Assembly (NCBI RefSeq): GCF_018977255.1
Contig: NW_024704743.1
Location: forward strand, 39,000,001-39,064,000
Direction of reading: 5' to 3'
Source: Callorhinchus milii
Lineage: Eukaryota
DNA: 64,000 nucleotides
Under the pieces are notes generated by a model. It was not told the DNA's origin. It did no database searches and saw only the letters and a program-made list of their open reading frames with translations. The position numbers and the translations under genes are program-made. Each line of letters opens with the position of its first letter. Positions within the stretch are counted from its first letter, which is position 1. Shown here piece after piece: positions 51,728 through 64,000 of the stretch.

Positions 51728-53544
51728 TGTTACTAGGGTCGAAACATTAAGACTCGTATCAAAATGACAATTTGCAAATCATTAAAATCCAAACGAAAGG
51801 CAAGTGAGCAAAATGTTTCTCACTGCCATTCTGTTTAGGATCTTCTGAACCTTTTCCCCTGTTTTGACTCCTAACTCTTACATTGTAACGATTTCCAGGG
51901 TTATAAAATATTCACAGAATATACAGTCAATTCACTTTACAGTATATTCTGTAAAGTGCTTTCAGACATCTTGAAGACCTGATCAGGTGCTATATCAAGG
52001 ATTATTATTATTATGTTATCATATTATTATCCTGGACTCTGTTCATCCTCTCTCTGTTGGAAAATTTCATCTCCTCCTTCATTTTATCAACAACACAACC
52101 TTGCTGCTCCAAACAATCCTCTCATTTTCCCCCAAAACATTGACCTAACTTTCCTCCTTCTCATCATGGTGTTTTTAGAACTTATTGCACAGTCTGTTAA
52201 TTTAACTCATTCTATACCAAGTTCTCAAAAAATATGCAATTTCTTATCTTTCTTTATATTTCCTACCTCCTACAATCTATACAGCATAAAATCAAAGCTT
52301 GTGTCATCTCACTACTTCTTGATATTCTATTTTCTTTTATATCCTGTTGGACCTTCTTGGGGCAAACTTTGTAGGATTTTTGTTCTTCACTTTTATTGTC
52401 AATGGACAAACAGTAGTGGCTAAATAGTTCCTATAATAGACACTGTATTGAATATCTAGCTAAAACTTTTATTTTGTAAGTGAAATTAAATCAAGCTACA
52501 TGATCTAGTCATTTGGCATGAATGGGATGAATTCTCCTGCTCCCACCAGTTTCCCCCTCCTGCCTTGAAGTTCTTGATTCATACTGGGATACAACTCTGT
52601 GACATCAGCCAACTTACAGTTGAATCCAATCACAACCTTACTCGACACCCAGTTACATGCACTTTCCGGCAATTGGGGAGGGGGAGCATAGGATTGCAAT
52701 TGAGAGGCAATCTCAATTGCTGCCTGAATTTTCCCTTCCATTTTCCAGATGCTAAAACCAATCCTACTGCATTGTTAGCATTATGGCTAAGTTAATAGTA
52801 ATAATAATCCTTGCATTTGATATAGCCCATTATCACGTCTTCGAAACATCTCAAAGTGCTTCACAGAATATTCTGTAAAGTGAATTGAATGTGTGTTCAT
52901 CTGACTCAGGACAGAACAGAAATTTAACCTGAGACTCTCCAGGTCTGTGTAAGTCACTCGTTGGCTGTGGCTGTTAGCACCACTGGCTGTGGCTTCGTGA
53001 CTGAAACATGAAAGGGAGCTACAGTTAGGATGAGTCTGATCAGTTGTTGACTCGGCACTAGATGGAGCACTTTACACTGAAAGTATAAGAATCTTACTTG
53101 CCTGCTTTTGGCATGTCAGAGCAGCCCTCGTGGCAGAAATAAAAATTGGAACCCAGTAGTTAAGATTGTCAGATAAGGGAACCAATGCCAAGATATCTGC
53201 ACCTGAATTGCATTTTTGCTGGCATCATTAACCGTCAATACATATAATCAGTGAATGCTGGAAGCAAAACTGTCAGAACTGTGATCACAGGAGGTTTTAG
53301 AAAGGCCACCCTCACCCTTTGTGAGTAAGTGTTTTCAGTTGAGGGAACACCTGAAAAGTTAATTCATTTCCTTCCTTTTGATTTGAAAATAATAGGTACA
53401 AAGACATTAAATACCATTATGTGAAATATCTGGACTTATCTCTCGCCAGCCTGGAGTATAACATATCTTTTTTCAATATTGATTCTACAAAGTGTGATTT
53501 TTCCACAGATTGGCTACCTCATTTTTGCTATATTTTAACAATGA

Positions 53545-53935
53545 CAATTTGACATTTACTTAGCTCCTTTAATGTTGGGAGGACATCTCAAAGTGCTTCA
53601 CAGAACCACTCGGAAGCCTAAGCTGAGAGTGGAGGCAGCTGAGGAAGGTGGAGGGAAAATGTGACCAAAAGCTCGGTCGAAAGGAAAGATCTTAAGGCAC
53701 GTTTTAAAAGTGGGAAAGGAGGGGAGGAAGCAGAGGGACTAGAATGGCTGAAAGTTCATCCACTGATAAGTGGAGGGAGTGGCCAGAGGCGGTAGGGTTG
53801 CAGGAAGTTGCACAGGTAAAGGGGAGGTGGGGTGAAGGATTTGAACACGAGATGGGGAGTCATGGAGCTGAGCGAGGATGGGGATGGTAGGCTCACAGAG
53901 CCTGATGTAGGAGAGAACATGAGCTGCAGAGTTCA
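53545..53935 (-). mobile_element. L2 LINE 3' fragment, diverged
   Basis: Decayed ORF2 C-terminus (NSAAHVLSYIRLCEPTIPILAQLH) plus L2-type tail. Confidence 0.65.
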
Positions 53936-55977
53936 TTTCAGATGTCAGAGCAAAGGGAAAACTGGAGGCTCCTAGTATGATGCACTTCCCTTATGATCTT
54001 TGATCCTCATAATCTTTTTAATGAATGGGAAAACTACCAGCAAAGGTATTTTTATGAGACTTCTGTTCTCTCTAAATTATTTACTTTGTAGTTTAGATCC
54101 TATTTCTCAATTGACCCTGAAACATGAACAACATCCAATATCTTTTCTATTAAAAGTCTGGAAGAGTGCTTCTGAAATGAAGTCGCACCAACCACTTGGT
54201 GGTGTGTTCTGCTTGCAAAGTAAAGTCTACACTCTTCACAAAGCTTTCATGTCTGCTGTTTTGTTTGCCCACACTTTGACAAACTGACCACCTTGAACAA
54301 GACTTTATTGCCAACATTAATTTCCACTGTCTGTTGTTGTAGAAAGTCCAAAATCTGTTTGTTATTATCTATTTCCCCTCATTGCAGTCAGGGCCGCCAA
54401 GNAAAAAAATGATAGTTTTGAATCCAACTTCTAAGAAAAAAAATACAATGCAATAAAGAATGCCTTGAACCGGTTTCCTTTTCTTTGCTTCCAAGTAAAC
54501 CCCAGACCACATTTAAAAGTTAGCTGATCTCATTAGATCAATAAGAACTAAATGGTTTTGAAGAATATTCTCTCCTATTCCTTGGCCATTGTCCTCACAT
54601 AATGTACGCAATCACATTTTCTTAGGAGTCACTGCAATGAGAAGCCATGCTGACTTTTCCCAGCTGGTCTTGGACCAATTGGGATTGTCCCCTCTGCTGC
54701 CCAGATGAGATTAACAACGGTTGAGAGGACAACACAACCCTTTTTATGTTAAAGATGCTGTTGTTCCAATACCTGATTATATCTCTATTGTATGTTATTT
54801 ATTTCAATAGAATTTTCTCAATTTAAGATGACACCAGCAAGAGAGAACCAGAAACAATAAATTCACCAAATACTGGAAAAGCGCCCTCTTCAATTCCCCC
54901 CCCACATTGTTCAACAGGGCTAGGAATTTTTCAAACACTGAGTATAAAACATTGAAAGAAACAGTAGTCAACCTGCACTACTCTAAAAGTTATAACCTAG
55001 TGACACAGTAGTTCCTGTCAAGTGATAACGTTGTTGTATTTCTGTGTGTTAAACACTGTTACAATGTTAATAAAAAACAAAGTTCAGATCAGCATTTCTC
55101 ACGCAGAGTCAGTCCTTGGTTATACAGGGCAACAGAGTTATTAGGCACCTTGCTAGATAGAGTATGGTTTTTAATAGGAGTGCCCTGTGGACCCAGACTT
55201 TTAGTGAAGACAAGCTGACTTCCTACGCTAAAAAATGTCTGACAATTGGGAAATCAGCTCACCACAGTCATTATTTCCATGATGTGCAATAATCACTGTG
55301 CATAGGAAGCATAGGAGCCACGCAATGTTGGGATAGTGCTTCATTGTCTGAGGTTGCCGTCTGTCAGAAAACACATTCCTGACCAACCTAGAAAAAACAT
55401 TGTCAGTGAATCGTTGTTGTTTAGTCAAGAAGGAAGAAAGTTAAATGTTTTATATAAAACAGGCGCCGGATAGTCTTTTAAAAAGGTGGAAAACAACATC
55501 AGGGTTCAGACAGTGACGTTTATGTTAGTGCTGCATTCTTTCAGTTTACTTCATCCAAACAATGGTTCTTTTGCAACATACTTCCAGAAATGTGTTGTTG
55601 CAATAGTTGAACTCAGGCTAATTCAAGCTCCAGAAAGTACAATGTCAAATACCGTACTTCTAGAACAATCTTTAATTAGCTATAATATAGATAACCACGT
55701 CATTGAAATATCTCAAAGTGCTTTACAGGATTAGCCAAATGCGGTAGTCAACTTGCGCACAGTCATGTCCCACCAACAGCCATGAAGCGAAAGATCAATT
55801 TTTTTTATCTGCCAGATTGGTGACCAGGACACCAGGTAATAAACCTTCTCTTTTTGAATAGTGCCTTGGGACGCTTAATGTCCCCCTGAATTGGCAGATG
55901 AGGTAGATACGGGGTTAAACATCTCATCTGACAGACAGCAACCTCTGACAATGAAGCACTCTCCCAACATTGCACCA

Positions 55978-56460
55978 CCACCAACAATAACAAATTTACA
56001 TTTATAGAGCGCCTTTTACGTCGGGAGCACGTCCCAAAGCGCTGAACAGTCAGGTTTCGGGGCCTGAGCATGGAGGAGGGATGGTGTAGGGGTGAGGGAA
56101 GGCAGAGAGATGGGAGGGAGACCAAAGGCACGATTGAAGAGAAGGGTCTTGAGACCGGCCTTGAAGGAGGCAAGGGAGGAAGCGAGGCAAAGGGACCGTG
56201 GGATGGAGTTCCAGAGTGTGGGACAGAAAGGCTGAAAGCCCGGCCACCGATGGTAGGGTAGGTTGGGTGGGAGACACGGAGCAGGCCGGAGCCCGATGAA
56301 CGGAGGGAGCGGGCAAGTTGGTAGGGAGTCAGCAGGTCAGAGAGGTAGGAGGTGACAAGGCCATAGATGGCCTTAAAGTTGAGGATGAGGATCTTGGACT
56401 CGATCCTCTGGGGGATGGGGAGCCAGTAGAGTCAGCCGAGGGTAGGAGTGATGGGGTCAC
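55978..56460 (-). mobile_element. L2 LINE 3' fragment, inserted into an older SINE (about 55675-56580)
   Basis: Homologous to 39685-40113 and 63483-63942; SINE sequence resumes on both sides. Confidence 0.85.
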
Positions 56461-58591
56461 GGAGCCTGGTGCCTGAGAGTACACCAGACTGTCAGCCTAC
56501 ATTGTGAGTTGAAAGTCCTGATGTTGTACTTGAACCCACAGCCCTCTGTCTTAGAGAAGTGAGCGCTACCAACTGTGCCAGGCTTACATCGCAATACTAT
56601 TGGAACAGACAGGATAAAGGCAAAATACAATATTGATACCAGTATCAAAAGTCTCATCTCTCTTTTCTAAGCACAATAAACATTTTATTTGCAATTCACA
56701 TACCCAGTTGCTAAACCTTGAGATCTCTTTGAATTTTTAAATTCTATTTTCCCACTCCAATGAAATACGACTTGCAGGCTTACACATTCAGCTATTAACT
56801 TCTTTCAGATCATTAATAAATAATGGAGACTTAAACATCAAATATTGGCAGATTCCCAACTGCAGAAAAAGGGTGAAATGATACTTGGTGGGGTTCTATG
56901 TGCTATCAGCAGAAGACCAGCCATAAATATTTTACAATGCAAAATAGAATATAAATTGGCTTGAGTGAACTTTGTGCTGCAGAACGTGTAGGACTTAGTG
57001 AAACTTATATGCACAGAAACACAACACTGCACCTCACCAAGGGAGAACTTTCCCTTGTATCTCAGCACTACCACGCCAGTATTCTACCTTGGTGGATGGA
57101 AGCAATTGAACTTGGGAGAAAATGGTTGTTCATGATGTTTTGCCCACAAAATCTACTGTGAAGGGCTTTGAGAAGTCTCAAGTCTCAAAGGAACGTAGAA
57201 GGTTATGCTTGAAGGCATAGTTGAGGAAGGGCAGGAGGAGGCTCATGTGGAGCATAAACCGTAGACCAGTTGGGCCGAATGGCCTGTTTCTGTGCTGAGT
57301 GTATATTCTAATGTATTTTAAAGATATAAGATGCTATATCAAATGCAAGGATCATTATTATGTTAGAAGATTGGTTTTTTTCAGGACGGAATTAACTGTG
57401 AATAATAACTACGCTAATGGACACATGTCTTAATTTTGCAAAGCTGCACAATAACTGCAATGCTTCCCACAGTTTTTAGCACTTTAGATATTAACAGCAT
57501 GCTTAAAAATGTCATGCAGAAAGAAATTGATGGAATAGAAGTCATGACTAGGAGCTGTGGAATTCACGGCATGGATGTTGACCACTACATCAGTCTTACG
57601 TTGCGAGCCTTGTGTAAAAAAACAGCCATGGAGGAGTTTAGTTTATTAGTCAAACCAAAAACATAGGTCAAAAACAATTTGGATTCCAGAGACACTGTAG
57701 CTGAGGTATTTTCTCAAGTTATTTTCTCATTTCAGTGATTTACACACAAATGGGTTTCATCACTACCATACTCAAATGTACTATTTGATCCTGTATGGTT
57801 ATTTGATGCACTGGCTGAGGGGAACATGGATGCACCATACAATGAGGTCCAAAAGCTGTGGTGAATTGCTAGTGGAGAATCTTACTGATAGCATGTCACA
57901 GCTGACTAACGGATCCCTGCTCCCAAAGTGTTCTAAGTTCGCTTTCAAATGATTTTGCCATAACACGATGACTGGTACCAGCATGATTTCCCCTTACAGT
58001 ACAAATGTATATTTATATGGAGCCTTTCACGTCGGGAGGATGTCCATAAACACTTGACACTGCTGGCTGGCCACTGACTCAGTCACTGTTAACGAGTTCC
58101 TTTGTAAATGTTTTTTTCAATTCCCACTGTGCAATTATGGGTATTTAAGTTGCTTCTAAACTAAAGTAGTAACTTTCCTACAGTCAACTTTAGTTTTCCA
58201 AAATAAATGTCTTTGAAGTCACAGTATGATTTTAATGCTGTTTTTAAAAATAATAGACACTATATGTATTTAGCAGGTAAAGTACATCAGCATTAGTAGA
58301 TCACCCCACATTCAAATCAGTCATCAAATTAATTCTGACAAGTATTACAAATTGTACAATTTATCCCAAAATAAGATTTATAAAGACAATAATTTTTAAG
58401 CATGATTTTTTTCTGACTGAGTACCATTACCAACTTAGACAATATAGCGTGAGCTTACCCTGCTAAAACTAATCAACTCACACTACCAAGGTCCATAACT
58501 CCACCAATACAAAGAGAATAGCCGGCAGGAACTTTATACAATTCACACTTTTTAATCTAGGTTGACAACCACTCCAGGATAGTCTCATTTC

Positions 58592-58925
58592 AATAATAAT
58601 AATAATAATAATAATCCTTGCATTTGATATAGCGCTTTTCACGTCGGGAGGACGTCCCAAAGCGCTTCACAGAATATGCTGTAAAGTGAGTTGACTGTAT
58701 ATTTGTGGGCGAACGCGGCAGCCAATTGCGCACAGCAATGTCCCACAAACAGTCATAGATTGAAAATGACCAATTTATCATTGTTTTTGTTTTTTGGAGG
58801 GATTATTATTAGGCTCTGTGTGGAGTAAGGAAACTTGCCCAAGGTTTCGCCCTGACCTGCCTGGAATTGAACTCAGGTCTCTCGCTTGCAAAGCAAGTGC
58901 TCTAACCACTGAGCTACAGGACTCC
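58592..58925 (-). mobile_element. tRNA-derived SINE, short form, full length
   Basis: Near-identical to 46552-46875. Confidence 0.9.
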
Positions 58926-61077
58926 AAATTCAAATTCAAATGCAAGGATTATAAATTAAATCCAGCAAATAGAGGGATAAAGGTGAGAGGGAGCAGGAGG
59001 GGTGGGGACTTATGTGGAGTGTAAACATTGGCAGGGACTAGTTGGGCCAAATGGCCTGTTTCCAATGCCATATCATTCTATGTAACTGTGAACTAGCATT
59101 GGGCGAGGATGTTAGCGCAACATTTTCTACATAAGATAATTTATTGGGAAAGCAATTAATTTATTGGGACTAGCCATTCACATAGGGCATATCATCCCTT
59201 TCAGCATATTCACAAAGTGAGACATCCTCTGATGACATACTGTGTCAAGACACTCCCTGGCTCATTTTAAATCCCACAATGGATTAGCAATTGACTACAT
59301 GTCACTTGCTGAATCAGCATAATTTTAATTAACCAATTCCATATCCATCATTGAATTCCAGATTGGAAGTAATCCAAGAAGTAACTGCTTTTAACTTTGT
59401 TTGCATGTCATTTTTTTTTAGTGGGGCGGGGCGGGAAGAAAGAGAATAAATGGACAACTGAGGGAACTGAATGTGTTGCACACAAGTGGACGAGTGGATG
59501 AATAGTCCACAGTGTTCATATTACTACAGCCCTGAAATGATTATGAGTTAGACTTTGGCTTGTAGGATTAACAGGAACTAAGTGGAAAGAATTCTTGCCC
59601 TTCCAAATCCTGCTGATAAGCCAGGCTAACTGGACTGTCATCAGCAGTGCCCTAGAGTACTGCGGACCCGCCTGGACCAGGAACTGGATGACCGACACTG
59701 CCACAGAGGTCTCGATTGTGACATTCCATTGTCAAGCACGTCAACTTGGAATTATCTCAGTCTCAAAGAGACCATGACTACCTCCCCCCAAGGAGATCAG
59801 TCACGAATTAGCATCTGACAAACACAGGTTTGAACCCTCACTAGATGGATGGCAGGTACCAGGAATTCTCTGTGAGCTTTCTGATGCATTGTAGAACTCT
59901 GCATGAAATGTGTGAGAGCATTGCCACCATCCTCCTGCCCACATGACGGACAAGCATCCCTTCCCACTGAACTCAATGGCTCAAGCAGTTAGAGGTGCGG
60001 AGCTTGAGAAGCAGCCGCTTACCTCTCTGCAAACCAATCAAAGTGGATTCCAATCCCCGCCACTATTCTGGCCATTGCCTCTCTTCCTGGTAATCCATTC
60101 CACCTTTTCATTCATTTCTGTAAAAAAAGATTTTTTTTTCCTGGTGTCTATGTTAAAATTTTTCCATCATAAACCTGAGTTTGCATCCCCTTCTGTTGCT
60201 ACCTTTGTATATCTCAAAAGTATTGTTATGTGTTAGTATCTTACATACTTCCATAAAAGGTCCCACTTAGAAAAGTCCCTTCTTAAGGCTGAAGAACACT
60301 TATGTATGCTGCTTGTTCCACAAATTAGGCCCTCAACTCTTCTGTCAATGGCAGTAATTTCCTGACAATCTTACTCAATACCTATATCTGACTGTCATAA
60401 GGTATGTTATGACACAACAAGACTGATATGATCAGACTCTTATCCTGCTCTCCAGACGCACACAATGGTCTATTGAGCATGGCACCAATACATAACTGGT
60501 TCTGTGAGTGGGGTATTTGAACTGCCCTTTTATTTCCTAGGAATAGATGTTCATTCAATGAACTTGCATGGATTACACCACAATCATTAATCTTTCATCA
60601 AATGTACTGAGATATACCATACCAATCGGTGACTCAACTCCAGACACAATGGAACTAGCTCCATGAACTTTGCATAGTGATTTAAATTATGAAACAGAAT
60701 AGTTACAGTGGATATTTTTTCAAGGCTATCATTTCCTATCAGAGATTTGAGTGATAGGTTACAATACATTATATGAACTTTGCCTGACATAACTTCCTTT
60801 TATATAGTATCTGCAATATTCAAAATCAGCTTGTGCTTTATTCGTGTGATCAACAGAACTTTCTGCAACATATTAATGGCATATGAGGATGCACGCGACT
60901 CTCAAATCCATAAAAATAAATGACATTGACAACTCTCCCACAGAGAGAGAGGATCCCTGGGTTGGTGGCTCAGCTGTGTTCAATTAGTTGATAACAACAA
61001 TAAGCCCAAAACCAAAAAACTTCAGGGGTCTTGAGCAAGATTCACACTTGTGACAATTTTTCTAAAGTATGTGCAAA

Positions 61078-61387
61078 TATAATAATCCTTGCATTTGATA
61101 TAGCACCTTATCACATCTTCGAGACGTCTCAAAGTGCTTCACAGAATATACTGGAAAGTGAATTGACTGTACATTTTTTGTGGGTGAAACGCGGCAGCCA
61201 ATTGCCTTCAGCAGTGTCCCACAAACAGTCATCGTTTGAGTGACCAAGTTATAATTTTTTTTAAGGAATTATTACCCCTGGAAAAGCGATTCACAAATCG
61301 ATTAACAACTGGGTTCCTACTTACTGCTCGGTAAACAGAGGTGTGTGGAGCAAGGAAACTTGCCCAACATTTTGCTGTGCCAGGAAT
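61078..61387 (-). mobile_element. tRNA-derived SINE, long form, 5'-truncated
   Basis: Same family as 24493-24899. Confidence 0.85.
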
Positions 61388-62797
61388 ATGTAGACATCCA
61401 GATTGTTGTGCATGTATGAACCATTTTATATAACAGCAATAACAATAATAGAGTAATAATAGGGTAAATAACAGTAATAGAGCCCGGGGGAATATCAAAA
61501 AAGTTTATCTCAACCTTTCTCACAAGAATACATGAGATTCCAGATGAAGAAAGCCACTTGAAGAAAGCCTTTTGGACTCATCTCTTCCAGAACACCTACC
61601 TTAATGTTCCCCCATCCCAGCATCAAGTTACTTCTTAAATGAATCCAGCATTCTGACCTCAACCATTCTTTCTGAAAACCTGCTCCAGTAATTAACTATC
61701 CTTTGGATAAAGAAATACTTCTAAGTGTTTGCCCTAAAGTTGTTCTTTGCAATCCTTAACCTGAGGTAGGTTGGTTTCTGGAGGCAAACTTGTATTATAA
61801 AAGCAGCATTGGTGTTGGGGTTCAAAATTGTCACAGAATATAACACCAGCACCAACTGCATCATAGCATCCACTGACATCCTTCCAGGATAAACAGTAGC
61901 ATATTACAACAGCAACATCTTGCATTTAAATTGTGCCCTTCATGTGGGATAGCATCTCAGAACACTTAAAGACTACATTAGTACCATGTGTCATATTGTA
62001 AAGTTAATCTTCATCTAAATAACTAGAATTCAAAAGGAAACATATTTTTACAACGGATCAAATGAATGAGTATTTCTTAAATAAGGTCCCCCTCCCAAAA
62101 ATGTCTCTTTTCAAATAGATTTATGGGGTCTTTAAATGTTCACCTGAAAATCGATGGGACCTTGGTTTATCATCTCATTCGAAGCGCTGCACTGTCAAGC
62201 TAGACTACAAGTTCAAAGTCCTGATGTGGCATTTAAACCCCCAACTTCTGCCACGGAGAAGGAAGGCTGGCACAGCGAAGTAGCAGAATGAAACTTAAGT
62301 GCAAAGTGGAAAGAGTATACATTATACTCCAGAGCCGATACCGAGGAAGGATTTGAAGGTACTCCTCCAATATAGGGGTTCTGATGACCTTTTTAAATCG
62401 CTTCTAGCTTTGCTTTCACGCTATTATAGTGTCACCTAAGCATCCTCATTAGAAAATGACTCATTTGTGAAAATGATCGCTGTACCATAAATGCATTATT
62501 TTCTCTTATGCACAGCAGCATGACTCTCCACAGAAAAGAAAAGCTCTTGGGATGACATTATAGTAATTGAAAGCTCACATTATCGAATGGAATACATTTA
62601 TATTTCATAAATGTTCTACTAAGAGTATAGCTGTCACAAAGGCCTTCTGCTTCTACACTACATCAGAGAGATGCATTTTTCACAATACTCATAAATTCAC
62701 AAAATTGTTCTGCACAGTAAACCCTTTACCCTCAGGGGAACTATTTAAATAGGAATGGCATCAAAAGATGATCTCATCAATTATTGAAACACTTTAC

Positions 62798-62985
62798 CTG
62801 ATAAGAACACATTGATTGTCGTGGCGTTTCCATAGGCAGCGATAACACTCATTAGCAATGGCAAAGATGTGAGGAGATATTTCACCCAGGTGGTACTTGC
62901 TGTACTGTTCCATAGCGACTTTATCATAGAGTCCTCGAATGGGCTTGTAAGGATTCACCGATGCTAGAATGGAACCTATGTAGGT
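62798..62985 (-). CDS. MYO10: MYO10 exon 4 (TYIGSILASVNPYKPI...PHIFAIANECYRCLWKRHDNQCVLIS)
   Basis: 188 nt; CAG| ... |GTAAA; phase 0-2. Confidence 0.96.
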
Positions 62986-63482
62986 CTGTAAAGGAATTAA
63001 AAAAAATGGATTAGTTGGTTGCCTCGCAGTTATTTCTGTCTGCACCTAACTTTAAGCTGACATGTCACAATCAAAGTATCTTTAAATATTGTAAATTATA
63101 TTGTGGCTTGGGGAGGAGCTGAGCAGGATCTCCATGGAGCTGAGCTGTCTTTAAAGTGATTTGCCTGACGATGGAATGCCAAAATAGAATCAACCCTCTG
63201 TAATGATTTTAGTAGTCCAGTTCCTGAGCCAGGCAGGTCCACAGTACTCCAGGGCAATGCTAATGCCCGCTCAGCCAGCCTGGCTCATTCACAGCACTTG
63301 AAGGGGCAGGAATTCTTCCCACTCGGCTCACGTTAACCTGCTCAGGCCAAACCCTCATGAATAGGATGGTCTTTGCTGGACATTCAGTGGGAAGCTTGCC
63401 AGGGAGTGCTCTCAACAGCAATCCATGCATTTTGTGAACTACAACAATACTCCATCACACACATCCTTGGGTCCCCAAGCCT

Positions 63483-63942
63483 CGACCCTATCACCCTACC
63501 CTCGCCCGGCTCCACTGGCTCCCCATCCCCCAGAGGATAGAGTTCAAAATCCTCGTCCTTCAAGACCCTTCACGATTGCTTCTTCCTACCTCGGTGACCT
63601 GCTAACCCCATATCAACCTATCCGCTTCCTCTGCTAAGCAGACTCTGGCATGCTCCACGTCCCCTGCCTGGCCTGCTACACCATCAGCGGTCGGGCCTTC
63701 AGCCTCTCTGCCCCCATCCTTTGGGTCTACAATCCCATAGTTCCTTCACTTGCTCCGTCCCTTGCCTCTTAAGACCCTCCTCTTCGACTGCACCTTCGAC
63801 CACTCTCCTACTGCTATCCTCCTTGCCCTCCACCCCTCCTGATCCCAACCCCCTGCTCTGGTCTAAATCCCTGACTGTCCAGTGCCTTGGTACGTCTTCC
63901 TGATGTGAAAGCGCTATACAAATGTCATTTGTTGTTGTTGTT
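63483..63942 (+). mobile_element. L2 LINE 3' fragment with tail
   Basis: CTCCACTGGCTCCCCATCCCCCAGAGGATAGAGTTCAAAATCCTC (LHWLPIPQRIEFKIL); tail GTGAAAGCGCTATACAAATG followed by (TTG)n. Confidence 0.85.
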
Positions 63943-64000
63943 GACTCTTATCAAATTGCCCTCTAATATTCCATGGAATGACGTAAGCAGGTTGCATCCC

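Larger units (their letters stand above)
338..62985 (-). other. MYO10: MYO10 (myosin-X) gene body, exons 4-32 (partial; extends beyond both window ends)
   Basis: 29 exons join in frame: P-loop GESGAGKT, switch [10 protein letters not shown], switch II DIFGFE, 3 IQ, SAH/coiled coil, PEST, split PH1/PH2/PH3. Sequence closely matches recalled vertebrate Myo10. Exon numbers follow recalled human structure. Confidence 0.97.

Noticed and set aside
54402..54402. Single N base
   Set aside because: Assembly ambiguity or small gap, not biology; the length of intron 4 may be imprecise

Overview
Vertebrate genomic DNA. The L2/CR1 LINE remnants and tRNA-headed, L2-tailed SINEs suggest a cartilaginous fish (inference). 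The whole window lies inside one minus-strand gene, unconventional myosin-X (MYO10). I traced 29 consecutive coding exons (4-32 by recalled human numbering; 4,090 nt), all with GT-AG boundaries and consistent phases. They encode most of the motor domain, 3 IQ motifs, the SAH/coiled coil, the PEST region and the PH1-PH3 domains; both gene ends lie outside the window. Introns are full of SINEs and LINE 3' fragments. Most notable: (1) a U12-type intron followed by a 14-nt microexon; (2) the 13.3-kb intron before the exon starting MPDQ (start of mammalian 'headless' Myo10), with three candidate alternative first exons, one of which would add a 25-aa N-terminus; (3) a decayed 50-nt copy of IQ3-coding sequence in intron 22 with a new strong donor; (4) two SINE copies 24.6 kb apart sharing a near-identical 161-bp flank; (5) an unclassified retroposon-like repeat. 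No CRISPR array, rRNA or true tRNA gene, and no clearly new biological system, was seen. Repeat boundaries are approximate.
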